Source: the human T2T-CHM13v2.0 reference genome, Homo sapiens. From it: DNA of 64,000 bases. This document shows positions 56,309 through 64,000 of the stretch, piece by piece (position 1 is the stretch's first letter; each line of letters opens with the position of its first letter). The stretch lies in the NCBI RefSeq assembly GCF_009914755.1, contig NC_060935.1. The stretch is one strand, 5' to 3'. A program made the position numbers and the translations under genes. Under the pieces are notes generated by a model, which saw only the letters and a list, made by a program, of their open reading frames with translations, searched no databases and was not told where the DNA came from.

Positions 56309-58046
56309 ACAGGACTTCTAAATTTGAACTTTATATTTGTATATAGTGTATTTTATATCTGAATTATATTTCTCTCAAGCAAAGAAATACATATTTGCAT
56401 ACACTCAACTATACTAATAAACTGGTGGAATTCTGTCAATTAAAATTGCAAAATAGTAGAATGTCTCCAGTATTTATTGAGAACAAACAATAAACACACA
56501 CACACAACAAACATTGTGTGCCTTGCTGCTCTGTCTCAGAGAAAGTAGGCACAGTTTACTTTAAAAAGTCGGAATATAACCTTCATTCTATTTTCTAAGA
56601 AATAAACTCGATGAGACACAGTAGATTTTTGGGATAATAAGGTTAAGAATTGAAAGACGTACTATTAGGAATACTCTGAATAACAGTTACTCATGGAACA
56701 GCAGAAGGTTTTCAACAGTTAAATATTTCTCTTCCTTATTCCTTTTTTCGTGATAGGTTTTGTGTTTAATATGTCATAATTAAAAATCCCAAATATACAG
56801 AAAATGAGATGATATAGCAAAGCCCATTGTGATTGTCATCAATCAAATCTGTAGCATAATTTTTATCATTACCAACCCCTTTTCTTCTCTTTATCTGTTT
56901 GTTTGTCAGTTCATTCTTTCTTTCTTTCCTTTTAACAGGAGATTTCTAAGACAAAACTCAGATGTCATGTAATTTTACCCATAAATAGTTCAGGAAGTAT
57001 TTAGAAAACATTATGTAAAGTAAAATTTGGAAAAAAGTATAAACCATTATGATAATATAATGCTTTTGAACATCACAATATTTTTTAATATCACCTAATA
57101 TTCAGTCTTTAATAAAATTTCCTTGTTCATCTAAAAATGGTTTTTGTACAGTGGTTTGTCCTATATATTTTAAAATTTATTTTGGTGTGTTTTAATCTAT
57201 ATAATACAGAAAAAAATATGATGTAATGAGTTTCACAAAAAGCTAGTTTTCTGACTAGTTTTGGAAGAAAAACACAATTATTTTACATATTAGTCATTCT
57301 AGTCAATTAGTTAAATGTGTCCTCTAAATATGAATGTAGTTTCACTCCATGAGCTTTTGTTCATGTGTCTGTATCCTCATGGAATGTTCCTTGCCTTATT
57401 TCCTAACTTCTAAATGTTTGCTCGTTTTTTAAGGTCCACTCAGATGTAAACTGTTCTCTGATTTCTTTTCTGGCTCTCACGAATAATTTCAGGTAGAATT
57501 TGTCAGTCCTTTTCAATTCTTTCACAGGATTTTGTTGATGTCAACAATAAAAATTAGATAATCTAATTGCATTTAGATAAATGAATGTTATTAATTTTTA
57601 TGATTTCCTACCAATTAGGTGTCTACTATTTGTGACATACTCGTTTAACCTTATTCAATGTCATAAAGATGTTCTTTTAGAATTTCTTCTAAAAGTTTAT
57701 TTGTTTTACCTTCATATAGAAATCTACTCTATTTCTGTACTCCAGAAGAACTTTGGGTTGTTTTGTTTATGTTTTTCTTTAGAGACAGGGTCACACTGTG
57801 TCACCTGGACCCTAGGCTGACAGGAATGTTTCACCTGCACTGCTGGTTGGAGTGCAGTGGCACAATCACAGCTCACTGCAGCCTCAAACTCCTAACTCAA
57901 GCTATCCTCTTGCCTCAATCTCCCAACTAGTGGAACTACAGGCACACACCTCCACACCTGGCTAATTTTTAATTTTTTGTACAGATTGCATCTCATTGTG
58001 TTGCCCAGGCTTGTCTCAGACTCCTGGCTTCAAACAATCCTCCTAC

Positions 58047-58810
58047 TGAGAGACAGGACTAGCTGGATTTCCCAGGCCGACTAAGAATTCCTAAGCCTAC
58101 CTGGGGAAGGTGACCTCACCCACCTTTAAACATGGGGCTTGTAACTCAGCTCACACCCGACCAATCAGGTAGTAAAGAGGGCTCACTAAAATACAAATTA
58201 GGCTAAAAGCAGGAGGTAAAAAAAAAAACAGTCAAATCACATATCACCTGGGAGCACAGGGGGAGGGACAATGATTGGGACATATACCCCAGGCATTCGA
58301 GCCAGAAGTGGGCAACCCCCTTTGGGTCCCCTCCCATTGTATGGGAGCTCTGTTTTCACTCTATTAAATCTTGCAACTGAACACTCTTCTGGTCCATGTT
58401 TGTTCCAGCTCGAGCTGAGCTTTCACTCACTGTCCACTACTGCTGTTCACTGCTGTCACAGACCGGCCATTGACTTCCACCCCTTTGGATCCAGCAGGGT
58501 ATCCACTTCATTTCTGATCCAGGAAGGCACCCATTGCTGCTCCTGTTCAGACTAGAAGACATTGTTACTGTGCGGCTAAGTGCCTGGGTTTGTCCTAACA
58601 AAGCTGAACACCAGTTGCTGGGTTCCATGGTTCTCTTCCATGACCCACAGCTTCTAATAGAGCTATAACACTCACCACATGGCCCAAGGTTTCATTCTTT
58701 GGAATCTATGAGGCCAAGAACCTCAGGTCAGAGAACAAAAGGCTTGCTGCCATCTTGGGAGTGGCAACCACCATCTTGGGAGCTCTAAGAACAAAGACCT
58801 GCTGGTAACA
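58047..58810 (+). promoter_or_regulatory. HERV-W 5' LTR17
   Basis: TGAGAGACAGG...GGTAACA; CCAAT at 58161; CATATA at the TATA position (58281); ATTAAA poly(A) signal near 58363. Confidence 0.95.
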
Positions 58811-58812
58811 TT

Positions 58813-58830
58813 TGGTGGCCTGTAAGGGGA
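58813..58830 (+). other. Primer binding site, tRNA-Ile-like
   Basis: TGGTGGCCTGTAAGGGGA; 16/18 match to the recalled complement of the tRNA-Ile(AAT) 3' end TGGTGGCCCGTACGGGGA. Confidence 0.8.
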
Positions 58831-59745
58831 TTCTCCAAAGCAGTGAGTAATATCACTCCACTTTTGCTTGCTATTCTATCCTGTCCTTCCTTAGAATTGG
58901 AGGAAAATATCAGACACCTGTTGGCCAGTTAAGAACAATTAGCGTGGCTGCTGTACTAAAGATTCTGGTATGAGGCTTCCTGGGAAAAGGCTTTCTAACA
59001 ATGCCCAACCCTTCTGGGTTGGGAGAATTGGTCTGCCTGGAACCAGCTTCTGCTTTCACAATTTTCCTGGGGAAGCCAAGGGTTGACTGGAGGCAGAAAG
59101 CTGTCATCCCAAACTTCCGGCATTGGCTGGTCAAGATCATGGCACAGCCAGAAATCTCTACTCAACAGTCGCCCATATGTGCGCCCTTACCTCTCCTTCT
59201 GATCCATACCTCCTGGGTTCTGACCATGACTTTCTTGAAAGTGTAGCCCCAAAATTATCCTTACCACTGAATCTACTTCCTCCAATCCCTGCCTCCTGGA
59301 TGCTAATGCTTCAGACTTTTGCTTCCTCTCCCAAGTATTAGATCAGGTTGTATCTCCAAAGGGATCTAAGGAAGTTCTACGCTGTGTCCTTAGGCACCTA
59401 GGCTATGAACCCAGGGAGTCTTGTCCTGGTGTCCCTCCAAATTTAAGTATATAGTTCTCAACATGGGCAGTTATGTGGGACCCATTCCCCACCACCCTTG
59501 CCAGGGCCCAAGTTCTATTATAAGCCATGTCCCCAAGTTTGTAAATGGCTAGGAGGATTGCTCCCCCATTGTGTAAGATGCTCTCCTCCCCCAATTTCTA
59601 CCCAGCTTACCCCTCTGCAGTATAATCTCCAAGCCTTGGCTCCATGGACAGGGCCTTAGAACTGATGACCCAGTACTTTAACAACTGGAACTGGGTCTGC
59701 GACAAAATAATACATCAGGATGAAAGCGAATTGAGTATATTAAAG

Positions 59746-60230
59746 GGATGGCCCAAATACATTCAATCTGTAGCAGCAACTGCTTTGCTAACAGAAGAAA
59801 GTAGAAAAATAACGTTTAGAGGAAACCTCATTGTGAGCACACCTCACCAGTTCAGAACAATCCTAAGTCAAAAAAAAAAAAAAGTAACTTACTAACTCAA
59901 AAATCTTAAAGTATGGGGCTATTCCATTAGAAAAATGTGATTTAACATTAACCACTGAAAATTCCCTTAACCCAGCAGGTTTCCTAACGAGGGATTTAGA
60001 TCTTAATTACCATACAAAGTTTTGACCAGACCTAGGAGGAACTCCCTTCAGGACAGGAGATAGATGGTGTCTTCCAGGTGATTGAGGGAAAAAAACCACG
60101 ATGGGTATTCAGTAATTGATAGGGAGACTCTTGTGGAAGCAGAGTTAGGAGAATTGCCTAATAATTGGTCTGCTCAAACATGCGAGCTGTTTGCACTCAG
60201 CCAAGCCTTAAAGCACTTACAGAATCAAAA
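59746..60230 (+). pseudogene. Pre-gag pol-like remnant (connection + RNase H-like)
   Basis: GWPKYIQSVAATALLTEESRKITFRGNLIVSTPHQ and GYSVID...NWSAQTCELFALSQAL; disrupted frames. Confidence 0.75.
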
Positions 60231-60645
60231 AAACTCTATGTCAATCCTGACTCAAAAGGTTACCTACACCCTCTCTGAAACGAATTTGCATAAGAACGGT
60301 TGTTTATGGGAATGCATCTTGATGGGGTAGCTGGGTTGTCATGAAATACTCAGGAACCCAGCCCAGCTCTAGGACTCACCCCTGAGCACAAAGGCAATGT
60401 TGAGCATGCTGGTAAAGGACCACTAGAATCCAGCAGCTGGGACCCCTTTCTTTGTGGTCAAGAAAGGCAGGAAAAGGGGTGCAGGACTGCTACATTGATG
60501 AGTGTAATTAATCCGATAAGCAGAGGTCCATGGGTGGTTACGCACCCTGGAAAGGAATAAGCATTAGGACAATAAAGGATGCTCTAGGATTAATGCTCAT
60601 CGGAAAATGACTAGAGGTGCTGGCATCCCTATATTCTTTTTTCAG

Positions 60646-61680
60646 ATGGGAAACATTCCCCCCAAGGCAAAAACGCCCCTAAGATGTATTCTGGAGAATT
60701 CGGCCCAGTCAGAGTATATGTGCCTTTTTCCCTGTTAGACTTGAAGCAAATTAAAATAGACCTAGGTAAATTATCAGATGATCCTGATGGCTATTTTGAT
60801 GCTTTTACAAGGGTTAGGACAATCCTTTGATCTGACATGGAGAGATATAATGTTACTGCTAGATCAGACACTAACCCCAAATGAGAGAAGTGCTGCCATA
60901 ACTGCAGCCTGAGAGTTTGGCAATCTCTGGTATCTCAGTCAGGTCAGTGATAGGACCTGTGGCTTCAAAGAGGACAACAGAGGAAAGAGAACAATTCCCC
61001 ACAGGCCAGCAGGCAGTTTCCAGTGTAGACCCTCATTGGGACGCAGAATCAGAACATGGAGATTGGTGCTGCGGACATTTGCTAACTTGCGTGCTAAAAG
61101 GACTAAGGAAAACTAGGAAGAAGCCTATAAATTATTCAATGATGTCCACTATAACACAGGGAAAGGAAGAAAATCCTACTGCCTCTCTGGAGAGACTAAG
61201 GGAGGCATTGAGGAATGATACCTCTCTGTCACCTGACTCTATCGAAGGTCAACTAATCTTAAAGGATAAGTTTATCACTCAGTCAGTTGCAGACATTAGA
61301 AAAAACTTTAAAAGTCCACCTTAGGCCCAGAGTAAAACGTAGAAACCCTATGGAAATTGGCAATCTCGGTTTTTTATAATAGAGATCAGGAGGAGCAGGC
61401 AGAACGGGACAAATGGGATTAAAAAAAAAGGGGGCACCACCACTTTAGTCATGGCCCTCAGGCAAGAGGACTTTTGAGGCTCTGGAACAGGGAAAGTCTA
61501 GGCAAATCAAGTGCCTAATAGGGCTTGCTTCCACCTCGGTCTACAAGGACACTTTAAAAAAGATTGTCCCCTTGTTCGTGCCCCTTTATGTCAAGGGAAT
61601 CATGGAAGGCCCACTGCCCCAGGAGACGAAGGACTTCTGAGTCAGAAGCCACTAACCGAATGATCCAGCAGCAGGACTGA
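60646..61680 (+). pseudogene. gag: HERV-W gag, disrupted, most of MA-p12 deleted
   Basis: MGNIPPKAKTPLRCILEN, then PFSLLDLKQIKIDLGK; MHR-like QGKEENPTASLERLREAL; Zn-knuckle remnants; QQQD-stop. Confidence 0.9.
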
Positions 61681-61995
61681 GGGTACCCGGGGCAAGCGCC
61701 AGCCCATGCCATCACCCTCACAGAGGTATGCTTGACCATTGAGGCCTAGGGGGCTAACTGTCTCCTGGACACTGGCACGGCCTTCTCAGTCTTACTCCCC
61801 TGTCCTGGACAACTGTCCTCTAGATCTGTCAGTATCCGAGGGGTCCTAGGACAGGCATTCACTAGATACTTCTCCCAGACACTAAGTTGTGACTGGGGAA
61901 CTTTACTCCTTTCACATAACTTTCTAATTATGCCTGAAAGCCCCACTCCTTTGTTAGGAAGAAACATCCTAGCAAAAGCAGGGGCTATTATACAC
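61681..61995 (+). pseudogene. pro: HERV-W protease, disrupted
   Basis: LLDTGTAFSVL active site (GAC at 61768), PTPLLGRNIL; in-frame stop upstream of the active site. Confidence 0.9.
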
Positions 61996-62600
61996 TAGAA
62001 TTAGGAGAGGGAAAAAAGGTTAAATATATATACAGACTCTAAGTATGCTTACTTAGTCCTCCATGCCCACGCAGCAATATGGAGAGAAAAGGAATTCCTA
62101 ACTTCTGAGGAAACACCTATCAAACATCAGGAAGCCATTAGGAGAATATTATTGGGTGTAGAGAAACTAAAGAGGTGGCAGTCTTACACTTCCGGGGTCA
62201 TCAGAAAGGAAAAGAAAGCTAAATAGAAGGGAACCTCTAAGCGGATATTGAAGCCAAAAGAGCCACAAGGTGGGACCCTCCATTAGAAATGCTTATAGAA
62301 GGAACCCTAGTATGGGATAATCCCCTCCAGGAAACCAAGCCCCAGTACTCAGCAGAAGAAATAGAATGGGGAACCTCAAGAGGACATAGTTTCCTCCCCT
62401 CAGGATGGCTAGCCACCAAAGAAGGAAAAATACTTTTGCCTGCAGCTAACCATTGGAAATTACTTAAAATCCTTCACCACACCTTTCACTTAGGCATTTG
62501 ATAGCACCCATCAGATGGCCAAATCATTATTTACTGGATGAGGACTTTTCAAAACTATCAAGTAGATAGTCAGGGCCTGTGAAATGTGGCAAAGAAATAT
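61993..62600 (+). pseudogene. pol: HERV-W pol remnant (RNase H C-half + integrase N-terminus; RT absent)
   Basis: NIYTDSKYAYLVLHAHAAIW; LHHTFHLG followed by a degenerate CxxC. Confidence 0.88.
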
Positions 62601-62607
62601 TCACCGT

Positions 62608-62864
62608 CACTTCAGGCCATACATATCAATCCCTGTATCTTTAACCTCCTTGTTAAGTTTGTCTCTTCCAGAATCAAAGCTGTAAAACTACAAATCATTC
62701 TTCAAATGGAGCCCCAGATGCAGTCCATGACCAAGATCTCCCGCCGACCCCTGGACTGGCCAACTAGCCCGTGCTCCAATGTTAATGACATCAAAGGCAC
62801 CCTTCCTGAGGAAATTTCAACTGCATGACCCCTACTACGCCCCAGTTCAGCAGGAAGCAGTTAA
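62608..62864 (+). pseudogene. env: HERV-W env remnant (short SU snippet + TM cytoplasmic tail)
   Basis: HFRPYISIP snippet, then PCIFNLLVKFVSSRIKAVKLQIILQMEPQMQSMTKI, a syncytin-1-like tail with a premature stop. Confidence 0.9.
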
Positions 62865-62923
62865 GAACTGTCATCGGCCAACCTCCTCAATAGCACTTGG
62901 GTTTTCCTGTTGAGAGGGCGTAC

Positions 62924-63698
62924 TAAGAGACAGGACTAGTTGGATTTCCTAGGCCGACTAAGAATTCCTAAGTCTAGCTGGGGAAGGTGACCTCACCCAC
63001 CTTTAAACATGGGGCTTGTAACTCAGCTCACACCCGACCAATCAGGTAGTAAAGAGGGCTCACTAAAATACAAATTAGGCCAAGAGCAGGAGATAAAGAA
63101 ATAGTCAAATAATATATCACCTGAGAGCACAGGGGGAGGGACAATGATTGGGACATATACCTCAGGCATTCGAGCCAGAAGTGGGCAACCCCCTTTGGGT
63201 CCCCTCCCATTGTATGGGAGCTCTGTTTTCACTCTATTAAATCTTGCAACTGAACACTCTTCTGGTCCATGTTTGTTCCAGCTCGAGCTGAGCTTTTGCT
63301 CACCTTCCACCACTGCTGTTTGCTGCCGTTGCAGACCCACCATTGACTTCCACCACTTTGGATCCAGCAGGGTGTCCACTGCATTTCTGATCCAGGGAGG
63401 TGCCCATTGCTGCTCCCATTCAGGCTAGAGGCTCACCTTTTTTCCTGTGTGGCCAAGTACCCGGGTTCATCCTAATCGAGCTGAACATTAGTCGCTGGGT
63501 TCCATGGTTCTTTTCCATGACCCACGCCTTCTAATAGAGCTATAACACTCACGGCATGGCCCAAGGTTCCATTCTTTGGAATCTGTGAGGCCAAGAGCCT
63601 CAGGTCAGAGAACGAAAGGCTTGCTGCCATCTTGGGAGCCGCCGCCACCATCCTGGGAGCTCTATGTGAGCTCTAAGAACAAAGACCTACCGGTAACA
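62924..63698 (+). promoter_or_regulatory. HERV-W 3' LTR17
   Basis: Direct repeat of 58047-58810; first dinucleotide mutated to TA; ends GGTAACA. Confidence 0.95.
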
Positions 63699-63821
63699 CT
63701 ACCTTGGCCTCCTGGCAGAACTTGTTTTTGTAAGACTTATGCTGTCACTTTCATAAATACTGGGTAGAATTTACTGCCAAAGAATGAATTCTGCAATTCT
63801 TGAATGTAAATATTTTAACTC

Positions 63822-64000
63822 AAGTGGTCCCCAACCTTTCTGGCACCAAGGACTTGTTTTGTGAAAGACAAAATATTTTCCATGGACAGGTTTGGTGGAT
63901 GGTTTCAGGATGAAACTATTCTCCCTCCGATTATCAAGCATTAATTAGATTCTCATAAGGAGTGCGCAACCTGGGTTCCTCACATGCGCAGTTTATAATG
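63822..64000 (+). mobile_element. MER1B-like hAT (Charlie) element, cut by the window end
   Basis: gtggtccccaaccttt...ggcacca...ggatggtttcaggatgaaact...tagattctcataaggagtgcgcaacc. Confidence 0.88.

Larger units (their letters stand above)
58047..63698 (+). mobile_element. HERV-W (HERV17/LTR17) provirus, 5.65 kb, internally deleted
   Basis: LTRs 58047-58810 and 62924-63698, 4-bp TSD CTAC, PBS, gag/pro/pol/env remnants, purine tract before the 3' LTR. Confidence 0.96.
57757..63712 (-). mobile_element. AluJ split by the HERV-W provirus (57757-58046 plus 63703-63712)
   Basis: Alu runs to caatcctcctac and resumes as cttggcctcc after the provirus; short flanking repeat agaactt (57747-57753, 63717-63723). 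Confidence 0.88.

Noticed and set aside
62586-62828. 80-aa ORF as a syncytin-like gene
   Set aside because: It is only the cytoplasmic tail fused by deletion, with a non-ATG start and no signal peptide, SU or fusion peptide.
58047-63698. HERV-W as an L1-made processed pseudogene
   Set aside because: Both LTRs are complete, the TSD is 4 bp and there is no poly(A), so it is a true integrase-made provirus.

Overview
This is 64 kb of AT-rich, CpG-poor primate (human-like) non-coding DNA, either intronic or intergenic. I could not support any host protein-coding exon, RNA gene or CpG island, and the ORF-track entries are repeat-derived or random. The window is dominated by interspersed repeats: seven Alus, several L1 fragments, MIR/L2/MER5 relics, a full-length decayed Hsmar2 mariner, a MADE1 MITE, and a full-length MST (MaLR) provirus carrying a nested MSTA LTR. 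It also holds an MLT1 LTR interrupted by three younger insertions and two separate HERV-W (LTR17) insertions 5.3 kb apart in divergent orientation (a solo LTR and a multiply deleted provirus inside an AluJ). The most unusual structure is a composite L1PA insertion at 46.16-46.92 kb. One TSD pair encloses a tiny 5' inversion, an L1 3' UTR that stops exactly at a GT, about 360 bp of foreign sequence with its own ATTAAA, and a poly(A) tail, which suggests a possibly spliced 3' transduction. The HERV-W provirus has a tRNA-Ile-type PBS. Repeat family names come from remembered consensus sequences, not a RepeatMasker run. I see no convincing wholly new biological system; the findings are unusual retroelement events.
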